Shown here: piece after piece, positions 6,984-16,901 of the stretch
Numbering within the stretch: position 1 is the first letter of the stretch
How the letters are laid out: the number at the start of each line of letters is the position of its first letter
Virus record (IMG/VR): IMGVR_UViG_3300044551_000092
Span: 64,001-128,000 of that record
Reading direction: 5' to 3' (one strand)
Length of the DNA: 64,000 nucleotides
From: a virus
Taxonomy: Duplodnaviria > Caudoviricetes
Notes under the pieces: model-generated
Told to the model about the DNA's origin: nothing
Seen by the model: the letters and a program-made list of their open reading frames with translations, nothing else
Database searches by the model: none
Translations under genes and position numbers: made by a program

Positions 6984-7286
6984 ATGATGGCTTACTACGA
7001 TAGCAATGATCCAATTAATCCTGTTTTGAACTTGGGAACGGCGATTGGTGCTTCGGCGGGTGCTGGTCTAACTGCAGGTGCTCAATTTGGCGCCAGGCCG
7101 TTTATGCATACGAAAATGGGATCAAAATTTGCAGATACAAAATTAGCTAATCATTTACGACCAACGTACGGTCGCGCATTCGGCGGCGGATGGCGAGGTA
7201 AAGCACTAGCTTACGGTATTGGCGCACTGGGCGGGGCAGCTATTGGGGCTGGGACAGATGATCTTATCAACCATTTCAGCGGCTAA
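6984..7286 (+). CDS. glycine-zipper membrane protein (100 aa)
   Basis: RBS aaggagg, ATG at 6984; NDPINP, GTAIGASAGAG and GWRGKALAYGIGALGG. Confidence 0.7.
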   Translation: MMAYYDSNDPINPVLNLGTAIGASAGAGLTAGAQFGARPFMHTKMGSKFADTKLANHLRPTYGRAFGGGWRGKALAYGIGALGGAAIGAGTDDLINHFSG

Positions 7287-7302
7287 ATAGGAAGTGATTG
7301 GC

Positions 7303-9442
7303 ATGACCGTAATAAGTCCCGAAGAAATAGCAAGATTGGAAGCACAGATTCGTGCGGATCCCATTAAATGGGCCTACTGGAAGTTGAAAGATACGAAGGG
7401 AAACCCTTGGAAGGCTAGATGGTACCAGCGTCAGCTATTAACTGATATGGTATCTGGTGTGAAGCATTTAGCTGTCCGGATGGGACGCCGTGTGGGTAAA
7501 TCTGAAACGATGCTTGTTTATGCTGTCTGGTATACGTTCCACCATAAAAATTCCCGAATTCTCTTAGCCGCCCCCTATGAAAGTCAGATTCGGCTCCTGT
7601 TCATGCGGCTCAATGAATTTATTCGTGATTGCGATGAATTAAAAAACAGCGTTGATGTAAACACGAAAAATCCCTTTGTCCTATCTTGGAAAAACGGAGG
7701 AACGATCTTGGGGTTTACGGTAGGTGCTACAAAGGGACAAGCTGGTGCCGCTGTTCGTGGTCAACGGGCTGATTTTATTATGATCGATGAAGCGGACTAC
7801 ATTGACCGTGGTGGCATTGATGCGGTTACGGCGATTGCTCTGGAAGATCCGAACCGAATAGGGATCTGGGTTTCATCAACACCAACGGGTAGGCACGATT
7901 TCTTTTATGACATTTGTATGGATCCGAAAACGGGTTATCATGCCTATCATTATCCGGCCAAAGTCAATCCTGGGTATGATGAGAAGATGGAAGGCGAATT
8001 CCGGGCCACCATGACTTCTCAGGCATACATCCATGAGATCGAAGCTGAGTTCGGTGAAGAAACAGTCGGCGTCTTCAATAAGGCGGCCGTAGAACGCGCA
8101 CGTGATCAGATTTATTACACCTATCGCAATCTCAATGCCTGGGAACAGGAACAATATCGAAAACAGGGAATTGATCTAAGTAAAGTCATTTATCTGAAGC
8201 ATTATGATCGAAAACATCCAGCTCCTGATGCATTGCGTATTATCGGAGTTGACTGGGATAAACAAATAGCTTAATGCAATCTGTCCCTTTCAGGAGTAAT
8301 CCTGTCAAAAGAATTGGGTGAATTGCGGGGAGCCCCTTAGAGCCTGTCTTGCTACTGCGTAAGGATGAAACAAGCCTAAGCGTGAATGCTCATAAAAACA
8401 GACGGGATTGGGTAACCGGGAACTTATGTTCAAGTTCAATCCGCAGCCACTTTCCGAATAGGAAAAGGTTCAAAGGCCATCCTTCGGGCATACTGGTCGC
8501 CAATAGGAGTAGGGCCTGCTTTTGCAGGTGGGTGAGAGCCCCTTAAATCGAAGTGTCCAGCCCCTTATTCAGACATAAGGGAAATGATATGGTCTACGCC
8601 GACTGTTCAATCAGTGTTAAAGTATGGTGAAAGCCACGGTAGTAAGGAAATTTGCAAATGACACACAAATTGTTATTACTGAATACAATGCTGCCATTAG
8701 AAAATTTCAAGTCATTAATCGTGTTGAGATTCCGCGCGGCGAGTTTACTTTCGACCACGCCGTAAAAAAAATCATTGAACTCAACGATACTTATAATCCT
8801 CGTTTTCTATATATTGATGCCGGTTATGGTGAAGCTCAGATTGAAACGCTCAGAAAATATGGCAAAGATCACCCGGAAAGTGGATTAGATAAAAAGGTCA
8901 AACGTATTCAGTTTAGCCAAAAAATACCGGTTGTTGATCCGGCAACAAGAGAAATTGACAATAAAGATGCCAAGAACTTCATGATTAATCAAACCAGTAT
9001 CATTTTGGAGCGTAATCAATTAGTTTTATCACTCTTTGATGATATGATATGGAAACAAATGATGAACTATCAGGTCGTTCGTATTTCGCAAACAGGAAAG
9101 CCGATATATACATCAGTAAATGAACACTCACTCGATGCAATGATGCTGACGATCCTTGGCTTTACGATTGAATATCCAGAACTAACGAAGATCATTGATA
9201 AACCTGAAGTTGCTCGGACATCACATGCAGTAAATCAAACCCATATGAAACAGAAACTGATTAATAAGGTTTTTGGTCACGATCGACCAGTATTTGATGT
9301 GGCGGAACCGAAAAAGAAATTTGAAGAAAAGGATCCGTATTCTTGGCGCTGGCAGTCGGTGCCGCTTGGCTATCGGCCTCACAGGCGTGGGTGGGGAAGA
9401 CGAGGACATACGCCTGGTGGTTTCAGACGAACTAAGATATGA
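7303..9442 (+). CDS. terL: terminase large subunit, two exons (7303-8259 + 8648-9442; ~583 aa spliced)
   Basis: Walker A MGRRVGKS, Walker B IMIDEAD, SSTP coupling motif; nuclease GVDWD|KFA..., YIDAGYG, EHSLDA; exons join in frame. Confidence 0.92.
8260..8647 (+). mobile_element. group I self-splicing intron (388 nt, no homing endonuclease)
   Basis: Exon ends in U paired to the IGS (gggat/gtccc, U:G); terminal G at 8647; P aattgcgggga, Q aatccgcagc, P7 ggccat/atggtc; P10 tgcaa/ttgca. Confidence 0.9.
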
Positions 9443-9512
9443 GCGTCTGTGGGATGGCCTAAATAATGAGATGTCCCTTTAAAAAAGGTGGACGGCTGGT
9501 TCTCTATATCCG

Positions 9513-9534
9513 ACAGATACCTTCGGGTGTCTGT
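9513..9534 (+). terminator. cUUCGg hairpin after terL (terminator or processing site)
   Basis: acagatacc-TTCG-ggtgtctgt; weak T-tail. Confidence 0.45.
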
Positions 9535-9563
9535 GTTACATAATTTAAAAAGGTGAATCTAAA

Positions 9564-10784
9564 ATGCCAGAAGATCTGTTTGGAAAAAAAGGAATTGATA
9601 CTCCTTATGAACGTTCACTGATTGATGGTAAGCCGAAGCTCGAACGGACAAAGGATAAGGGACATAGGCCGCTGGATATGCAGACAAGAGTCAATATTGA
9701 TCGGTCTCGAGATTTTACTATTTCACAGGCGATCGGAGATTATCAGGAACTGATTTCTCGTATTGATGAATTACTGGCTATTATCGAAAAACGAAATCAA
9801 ACACAAGAATTTAGGGATTATCAGGTGCTACTAAAAGATAATTCAAAAAAGCAAGATCTATTTCTCTTCGAGAATCAGCATAGTGGGTATCAAGGCGGTA
9901 CAGAAGACTATGAAATCTATACGATTTTAACCATGATGAAAGCCTCTCTGATTATGCGGTCGGATTTTTTAACGAACTATTATGCGTCACAGATCTCAGA
10001 TAAAACAGAAATTGAAGATATTCAAAAAGATGAGCTCAAATCCATCAATCAGTGGGAGCTTACCGAAGATCAACTCATGAATTACGTTTCGCCCGATTAT
10101 GAAGATGCAGATGATGAATTAGATACTGACTACTCAGCCATTGAAGATCAGAGAAGAGACCTTTCTAATTTTCATATATCTTTAGCTGATACTGGTTATG
10201 TTCACCGAAATCGTTATAAATATTTTGATACATTAGTACTTGCGTTGGATCAACTGGTTAATCATCCAACAATGCTATTTACCGATGATATGAAAACCTT
10301 TATGTTGCAGTTGACTGATTTCAGTGACTTAACATCGGCGATGACTCATTTAATTCTAGCCTTTCGTGAGGTTCGTACTGACCATGAGAGCATAAAGCAG
10401 CAGTATTATATGAGTGACGATCAAAAAGAACAGCTGATTAATGAACAAGGTTATTTTTTTCAACAGATTAAAATTAAAATGAATCCATCTTTAAATGATG
10501 ATCTTATGAATCAAGACGACGAAACGAATCAGGTTTTTAATGATTTTGCTGAATTGATGGTTTCATCAATTCAAAAAACAGAAAAAAATTATACGAGTGT
10601 GCAGGCAGATCTCCTGCGTTTTTATGCACAGGAGAACGCTTTTTATGGCCAGCAGATCGGCGACTTGCAGAAAGAAGAGAAAATTCGAAGATTCTATCAT
10701 ATTTTAGAGGATATGTCCGGTACAAAAGATATATCAGAAGAATGGATAGATCAATATCTGAAAAACGAAGGTTATACGCTGTAA
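9564..10784 (+). CDS. hypothetical acidic helical protein between terL and portal (406 aa)
   Basis: RBS aaggtg; long ORF, no recognisable motif. Confidence 0.75.
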   Translation: MPEDLFGKKGIDTPYERSLIDGKPKLERTKDKGHRPLDMQTRVNIDRSRDFTISQAIGDYQELISRIDELLAIIEKRNQTQEFRDYQVLLKDNSKKQDLFLFENQHSGYQGGTEDYEIYTILTMMKASLIMRSDFLTNYYASQISDKTEIEDIQKDELKSINQWELTEDQLMNYVSPDYEDADDELDTDYSAIEDQRRDLSNFHISLADTGYVHRNRYKYFDTLVLALDQLVNHPTMLFTDDMKTFMLQLTDFSDLTSAMTHLILAFREVRTDHESIKQQYYMSDDQKEQLINEQGYFFQQIKIKMNPSLNDDLMNQDDETNQVFNDFAELMVSSIQKTEKNYTSVQADLLRFYAQENAFYGQQIGDLQKEEKIRRFYHILEDMSGTKDISEEWIDQYLKNEGYTL

Positions 10785-10880
10785 CCCTTCTCGTCATTTG
10801 TAAAACAACTATTGTATGATGTAGTTGGAAAATCTTTTTCCCTATTTCTGTTTATTTATCTAAAGGACGAGGTGTTATTC

Positions 10881-13064
10881 TTGGCGAAATTACTGTCTTT
10901 ACTTAAGAATATTCGTGTCAAGAATGCAACGACCTCAACAACACCTTCGACAAATACGGGATTGGGAAACGGGTTTACGCGCGATCCAAAGGCAACTGAA
11001 GTCAAGCATATCGGATATGCCGTAATAAATGGGTCTGGCGGAACTGGGCGAGATACTTTTGAAAGCTCGTCCGTTGATTTGTCGGTCCTAAAAAGTGCAG
11101 TAAAAAATGACAGCTACTTGCAACAAGCTCAGTTAAAATATAGTGAATTGCTTTTTAAATCTGGTTATATTTTTCAATCAAAAAATCAGCAGGCGTTGCA
11201 ATATCTAAAACTTCGTCTTGACATGATGGGTGTTGCAACGGGTATTCCAACTGATCAACTGATACGCGATATTGGTCAAGATTTTGTTGAGTATCATAAT
11301 GTCTTTGTTGTTAAGGCGCGGGCTAAGAACGGGCAAGGACTTCCTCCGGGTATGAATTTAACGGCAATGCTTCCGGCAAAATATCCGGTTGCCGGCTACT
11401 TCGTTCTTGATCCAACGACCATACAAATTAAGCGTGATGAATCAGGAAATATAAAAAAGTATCAGCAATTAACATCCGGCTCATCGCAAGGCAAAACTTT
11501 CAATCCGGAAGATATCATTCATTTCACATATAACGTCCCATCAGGTGAAGCCTTCGGCTATCCGTGGCTTGCATCTGTCATCGAAGATGTGCGGCTGCTC
11601 CGTAAAATCGAAGAAAATGCGGCGTTGCTTTTATACCGACATATCTTTCCTTTGCTTACATACACGATAGGAACCACAGAGCCTGGTCAGCAAGCGACGG
11701 ATGAAGAACTTGAAGAATTCCAGTCTACTGTTGAAGATATGCCGACAGATGGCGCCCTAGTCCTTCCTGAGAGACATAAGGTTGAGGCAGTTGATATAAA
11801 GCCGATAGACGGCCGGCCCTACTTGGATTACTTTGAAAATCGTGTATTCACCGGAACTGGACTGTCGCAGGTTGATTTTGGCAGAGGGAATACAGCTAAC
11901 CGAAGTACAGCTGATGCGATGACGGGGGCAAAGACCGATCGAATCAAGGGGTGGCAGGAATCCTTGATGGTTCAGATTGACCATTTTATGATTGAAGAGC
12001 TGCTGGTTGAAGGCGGCTTTGATCCACTGATCAATCCTGATTTTCGTGTAAACTTTATTTTTAATGAAATTGAGCTGGAAAAGAAGATTGCAAAAGAAAC
12101 ACATGAAGTCTTCAAATGGAATAATAATATTCAGAGTTTCGATGAAACGCGTAATAATATTGGCCTTGAACCGGAAGTTGATGAGAAGCGGCTTCACTTT
12201 AATATGGTGGGAACGACTGATACCAGTAATGAAGCTGATAACAAAAATCAACCGGAAAATCAATCAGGGCAGCGTGATGGTCCAAAATCTGCAACCGAAC
12301 AAGTGAGAACGATTCATCGATCTTATGCAGAAAGTAAAACGCCTGCGTTGAAAACGGTAAAATCCGTTCGTTCGACCTCAGTCAAAGAGCCGGCCTCAGT
12401 TGTTCAATCGACTATTCCAAATCATCGGCCACTTTTTGATGATTTAAACGCCATATACGAATCCATAAGGCAATCTACTCTTGATCGAGTTAAATTGAAT
12501 CGCGATCAATTCCCGATAAGTACACCCAAGCTAACCTATTTGCACTTTGGAAAAGATCAAATACAGGCTTTAACACAAAGCTATATTCTTCAGTCTTTTA
12601 ATCTAGGTGTTGAGAATTCTGATCAGCATTGCGGACCGATTCGAGTTAATTCTGCACTGGCTCAACAAACCCTTTATGATTACTCTCGGTCTTATCTTGA
12701 TGATGTCACTCAACGTGTTTCTCTGGTGATCAAAAATAGATTCAATCAATTATCTAATATTGAAGAAGCTTTAAACTGTGTTCAATCTGCGTTTGATGCA
12801 AATTCATATAAATTGAAATCATTTTCTAAAGATATGATGTCTCGATCTTATAATTATGGTTTTGCTTTAGGGCTACTTGCGCAGGGAATAGAGGATGCGG
12901 TGATTGATGCTGATCGGCATTGCATCAAATGCAAGGAGCACCAGGGGAAGTTGCATCTATCACAGTGGGATTCTCTTGACCAAATTGCGGTCTTTTATAA
13001 AATCCCCCCGTGGCATCCAAATTGCAGATGTGAATTGAGAGTATGTGCAGGAGGTGAAACATAA
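10881..13064 (+). CDS. portal protein fused to a C-terminal MuF/SPP1 gp7-like head domain
   Basis: TTG start after gaggtg; portal-like FNPEDIIHF..GEAFGYPWL; C-terminal CIKC and IPPWHPNCRC. Confidence 0.82.
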   Translation: MAKLLSLLKNIRVKNATTSTTPSTNTGLGNGFTRDPKATEVKHIGYAVINGSGGTGRDTFESSSVDLSVLKSAVKNDSYLQQAQLKYSELLFKSGYIFQSKNQQALQYLKLRLDMMGVATGIPTDQLIRDIGQDFVEYHNVFVVKARAKNGQGLPPGMNLTAMLPAKYPVAGYFVLDPTTIQIKRDESGNIKKYQQLTSGSSQGKTFNPEDIIHFTYNVPSGEAFGYPWLASVIEDVRLLRKIEENAALLLYRHIFPLLTYTIGTTEPGQQATDEELEEFQSTVEDMPTDGALVLPERHKVEAVDIKPIDGRPYLDYFENRVFTGTGLSQVDFGRGNTANRSTADAMTGAKTDRIKGWQESLMVQIDHFMIEELLVEGGFDPLINPDFRVNFIFNEIELEKKIAKETHEVFKWNNNIQSFDETRNNIGLEPEVDEKRLHFNMVGTTDTSNEADNKNQPENQSGQRDGPKSATEQVRTIHRSYAESKTPALKTVKSVRSTSVKEPASVVQSTIPNHRPLFDDLNAIYESIRQSTLDRVKLNRDQFPISTPKLTYLHFGKDQIQALTQSYILQSFNLGVENSDQHCGPIRVNSALAQQTLYDYSRSYLDDVTQRVSLVIKNRFNQLSNIEEALNCVQSAFDANSYKLKSFSKDMMSRSYNYGFALGLLAQGIEDAVIDADRHCIKCKEHQGKLHLSQWDSLDQIAVFYKIPPWHPNCRCELRVCAGGET

Positions 13065-14404
13065 TGTATACGAAACAGGACCACGATCATAAAAAGTTAG
13101 TTGACCATGAATTCCATGAATATGTGGGTAAAATTAAACCAATACCCGAGTCAACAAAAAAGATTTTTATGGAATCTGCGGACAATAATAAGCCTAAAAA
13201 GCTGTTAGTTAAGATGGAAGCCACGCATGTCGGCCTAAATAAAAACTTTAGATATTATACCGAACAAGGGCTGAAGGCGGGGTTGAAATCTTGGACGTTG
13301 CCATATAATAAGCCAGTTCTCACTAATCATGATGAATATAATGGTACGCCTATTGGACGTATCGTAGATGCCAAGTATGAAACTAAAACATTGTCTGGTA
13401 AACCAGGATTGGTTTTTACTTGCATGATTACGGATCAAGATGCAATCGAAAAAATTCTAGATGGCCGGTATCAAACCGTCTCGATAGGCTGTATGACTGA
13501 TAAAGTCACCTGCAGTATTTGTGGCGCGGACCGGACAAAAGAATGGTGCGAGCATTGGCCCGGGGAAACTTATGATGATCAAGTGTGCCATTTTATTATT
13601 GGCAAGACAGATGGAATCGAAGTTTCTTATGTTAATGTTCCTGCCGATGAAAATGCTGGAAATATTTCCGTGTCAGAAGAAAATGACGATGGTCAATCTA
13701 CGGCTTCTACTCAAGAAAAAAGCATTTCTCAGAAAGAATCCGATAAATCCCCTGTCTTAACTGATATGTATCTTCTCGCTGATTCTACTTATAAAGCATT
13801 GAAAAAACCAGAAGTCAATCTCTATCAGACTCTTCCAAATAACATAAAAAAAATGGTAGATAGTTTAGCTAAAGGGAGTGAAGCCAAAATGGGTGAACCA
13901 ACAGAAACAAAGGACGTATCGGCTGAATTAAAAACCGTTCAGGATGCTTTAGCTGTTTCTCAAAAAGAGAATACAAATCTAAAGAAAAAAGTCGCAGAAA
14001 TGCAGAAAACTATTACCGATATGGTTCTCGATAAAACGAAAGCTGAAACACAGATCAAAGAACTCAAAGACGATGTAGAAAAATTAACACAGGAAAAAGC
14101 CGGGCTGATTTCTGAAAATCATAAAACGCTTGCTGAGCAAGTCGTCGATTTAAAATATCAGCTTAAAAAGGCTGATGTCGTAGGCATCGACAAGAAAGAA
14201 GCTTTGGAAGAACACATTGGACGGACTAAAGAATCATTGGAAGATTCTTTAAAAGACCTTCAGACTGAATTGAAAAATAATCGGCCTGAACCGGGAAGCG
14301 TTCAGAATCCTGGAATACAAGAACCTGAAAATGGTGAAACAAAGAAATTCACTGTGGGACAGGCTGTAGATTTTATCAGCAATATGTTCGAGCATAAAAA
14401 ATAA
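13064..14404 (+). CDS. prohead protease with C-terminal coiled-coil scaffold
   Basis: PVLTNHD..PIGRI, YQTVSIG, CSICG..CEH, EVSYVNVPAD (HK97/U35-like protease); coiled-coil C-half. Confidence 0.85.
   Translation: MYTKQDHDHKKLVDHEFHEYVGKIKPIPESTKKIFMESADNNKPKKLLVKMEATHVGLNKNFRYYTEQGLKAGLKSWTLPYNKPVLTNHDEYNGTPIGRIVDAKYETKTLSGKPGLVFTCMITDQDAIEKILDGRYQTVSIGCMTDKVTCSICGADRTKEWCEHWPGETYDDQVCHFIIGKTDGIEVSYVNVPADENAGNISVSEENDDGQSTASTQEKSISQKESDKSPVLTDMYLLADSTYKALKKPEVNLYQTLPNNIKKMVDSLAKGSEAKMGEPTETKDVSAELKTVQDALAVSQKENTNLKKKVAEMQKTITDMVLDKTKAETQIKELKDDVEKLTQEKAGLISENHKTLAEQVVDLKYQLKKADVVGIDKKEALEEHIGRTKESLEDSLKDLQTELKNNRPEPGSVQNPGIQEPENGETKKFTVGQAVDFISNMFEHKK
13889..14404 (+). CDS. nested in-frame scaffolding protein (internal start, 171 aa)
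   Basis: RBS aaagggagtg 8 nt before an in-frame ATG exactly at the start of the coiled coil. Confidence 0.55.
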   Translation: MGEPTETKDVSAELKTVQDALAVSQKENTNLKKKVAEMQKTITDMVLDKTKAETQIKELKDDVEKLTQEKAGLISENHKTLAEQVVDLKYQLKKADVVGIDKKEALEEHIGRTKESLEDSLKDLQTELKNNRPEPGSVQNPGIQEPENGETKKFTVGQAVDFISNMFEHKK

Positions 14405-14425
14405 TTTTTGAAGGAGTTGAATGAA

Positions 14426-15706
14426 ATGCCAAGTTTTTCTGGATTTGAAAGACTAGAAGATACTAAAGATCGTAAGTATCGTTCGAATACAAAACTGCAA
14501 GTTAGTGTGCATGATTCCCCAGGCGAAAAGTTTATTCCGGATACTCGGTTAAAAAGACTGTTTCAATACCACTTCGGTGGTGACGGTTACGTCGTTATTC
14601 CAAAAGGGCGGGTTGTCGCTGTTTCGGCAGACAATGGTGGAATTTTTAAGAACGGTACTATTAAAGACATGACAAGCAATACTTATGTTCCGGTTCTTAC
14701 TCTGGCCAATGGCGGCGTGGACGTTCAAGAAATGGACAACGATAACCATCAATATACTCGTGCCGCAAATAAACCGATTGGTGTGGCTGCACAAAATATC
14801 TATGAATATATTGTCGATGGCTTTAACGGAATGCAGCCAACTATTGAAAATGAAATCTATATTGAATTGCCTTACATTCCCATGAAAGAAGAGGCAGAAG
14901 AAGTTGAGTGGGGTTGCTTCTACGACACGGACCCGGCTAAGCCGATTAAACAGGGCGACTATGTAATGTCCGATGAGAATGGTCGGCTGGTTAAGGCGGA
15001 TTTTGACGGCGTGAAGAAGCAACTGGAAGACGCTAAAGAAGCAGCTGCGAACGCAGCAGACATCGCCGCGCTAAAGACAGCAACTGCACAGATTGCCGAT
15101 GCTGAAGCTAAACTGGCTCTTCTTCACGAGCAGGTTGTCGGACAGGTATGGGCGGTTGAAACGAATCTTCCTCCGGATGGCTGGTTAAAATGGGTTCAAT
15201 GGAGCCAGCAAGACATCGCTCAAGATGATAATCCAAGCGGCTTTACGGCAAATGACATTGGCGGCGGCGATGGTTCAGATGGCAAGTTTCCTGGTTATCC
15301 GTACGTGCGTACCTATGCTAATACCGAAGCTCGCTCGGGGAAATATTATCCTCAAGGTATTCCCGGCCTGACGAACGGTTCGAACATTGAAGTTCCGTTC
15401 ACGGACAAAGTCATCGGTCAGGTTCAACCCAAACAAAGTGGTCGCTATGATTTTCAGATCAAACAAGTGCCGATTGTGGCGGGGTCTTTCTCACTAAAGA
15501 TTAACGGTGAAGAGGTTGCCTCTAACAATTATCAATTGAATGTGAAAACAGGCCTTTTGACTCTGCCAGATTACGATGCCTCCAGTCTAGAAGCTCCGGC
15601 TGATGTAACTGCGACGTTCAAAGCAACAGGTCAAATTCCCGGTGTCCCAACAAACTGGGATTTCAAGGGCTCTGTCGGTGCTATTCGTGTTCTTTTACAA
15701 AAATAA
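14426..15706 (+). CDS. head decoration or minor capsid protein
   Basis: RBS aaggag; lies between protease and MCP; VIPKGRVVA, KPIGVA and GDYVMSDENGRLV resemble cementing proteins. Confidence 0.6.
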   Translation: MPSFSGFERLEDTKDRKYRSNTKLQVSVHDSPGEKFIPDTRLKRLFQYHFGGDGYVVIPKGRVVAVSADNGGIFKNGTIKDMTSNTYVPVLTLANGGVDVQEMDNDNHQYTRAANKPIGVAAQNIYEYIVDGFNGMQPTIENEIYIELPYIPMKEEAEEVEWGCFYDTDPAKPIKQGDYVMSDENGRLVKADFDGVKKQLEDAKEAAANAADIAALKTATAQIADAEAKLALLHEQVVGQVWAVETNLPPDGWLKWVQWSQQDIAQDDNPSGFTANDIGGGDGSDGKFPGYPYVRTYANTEARSGKYYPQGIPGLTNGSNIEVPFTDKVIGQVQPKQSGRYDFQIKQVPIVAGSFSLKINGEEVASNNYQLNVKTGLLTLPDYDASSLEAPADVTATFKATGQIPGVPTNWDFKGSVGAIRVLLQK

Positions 15707-15733
15707 TTTTTTAAATGAGGAGGCTACTTAACC

Positions 15734-16822
15734 ATGAATCCAGAACTTTTAAATAGAGAATTAAGTCCTGAGACAAAAAAACTCGTGGAACGCTTAAAAC
15801 GACAGCTAGATGTAAATGAGCATTGGACTGACATTCCAAAAACCGAGCGTGTCACGTTAAAAGATGCATTAACTACTGCAGATGCAAATATTCTGATGCC
15901 ACAGGTCTTAACCGGGATGATGCGCGAAGCCGCAGAGCCGCTGTATATCGGTTCTAAGCTGATGCAGACAGTACGGCTAACAGATGGCCGCTCGGTCATT
16001 TTTCCTTCAATTGGGGCTATGAGAGCACATGAAATCGGTGAATCGCAGAGCTACGTTGAAGAGACCGTAGACTTCCAGCTGCATCGCAGCAAAGAAGTCA
16101 AAGTTGGAAAGTTCGGTATGATTGTTCGCGTGACGGAAGAAATGATTAACGATTCCCAGTGGGATGTCATTGGCATTCTTCTTCGCAAGGCCGGTGAAGC
16201 GATGGCGCGCCTTAAAGAGGAACGTATCTTCCTAGAATTCAGTCAGCATGGCCACAAGATTTTTGATAATGATCAACGCCAAAAATATCCTGAGCTTGGC
16301 ACAACTGGTTTGGATAAGGAAGGTCATGAGAATAACACGCTCTCAACTGAAGACATGATTGATATGTTTATCCAATTGATGGCCGAAGGGTACAATGCAA
16401 CCGATATTGTGATGCATCCTCTTGCATGGTCCGTCTTTTTCAAAAATGATATTCTTCAAAGTTTATCAGCTGCGGCACTCGGTGGATCACAGATCACTAA
16501 TCTGCAAATTCGTCCAGATACAGTTCAAGGGCGTATTCCATTCGCAATTAATCTGATGTTTACGCCGTTTGCACCATTCAACTATGAGACGCGCAAGTTC
16601 GATATGTACGTTGTTGACCGCAATAACGTCGGCGTGCTGCTTGAAAAGGACCCGCTTTCGACAGAGCAGTTCAAAGATCCAGAACGCGACATTCAGGCAA
16701 TTAAAGTTCGTGAACGTTATGGTGTTGGTGTGCTGAACGAAGGGAAAGCTGTTTCTGCCGCTTGCAATTTGGCATTCGACAAAACCTATCCGGACCCGAC
16801 ACGCGTTAAAGTTTTGGCTTAA
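15734..16822 (+). CDS. major capsid protein (HK97 fold)
   Basis: RBS gaggagg; EIGES.SY, KFGMIVRVTEEMINDSQWD, IVMHP, IKVRERYGVG. Confidence 0.9.
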   Translation: MNPELLNRELSPETKKLVERLKRQLDVNEHWTDIPKTERVTLKDALTTADANILMPQVLTGMMREAAEPLYIGSKLMQTVRLTDGRSVIFPSIGAMRAHEIGESQSYVEETVDFQLHRSKEVKVGKFGMIVRVTEEMINDSQWDVIGILLRKAGEAMARLKEERIFLEFSQHGHKIFDNDQRQKYPELGTTGLDKEGHENNTLSTEDMIDMFIQLMAEGYNATDIVMHPLAWSVFFKNDILQSLSAAALGGSQITNLQIRPDTVQGRIPFAINLMFTPFAPFNYETRKFDMYVVDRNNVGVLLEKDPLSTEQFKDPERDIQAIKVRERYGVGVLNEGKAVSAACNLAFDKTYPDPTRVKVLA

Positions 16823-16839
16823 AAATCTAATGATTGGCT

Positions 16840-16881
16840 ATGGCAGGTGGACTGTTTTTTGACAGCTTGCCTGCCATCTTT
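16840..16881 (+). terminator. terminator after the MCP gene
   Basis: atggcagg...cctgccat stem followed by cttt. Confidence 0.6.
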
Positions 16882-16901
16882 GATATAAGGAGGAATATCA
16901 T

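Noticed and set aside
8349-8546. Intron-encoded homing endonuclease
   Set aside because: Only 65 aa over the ribozyme core, with no HNH, GIY-YIG or LAGLIDADG motif
8624-9442. Independent gene starting at ATG 8624
   Set aside because: The ATG lies inside the intron; the region is better explained as terL exon 2
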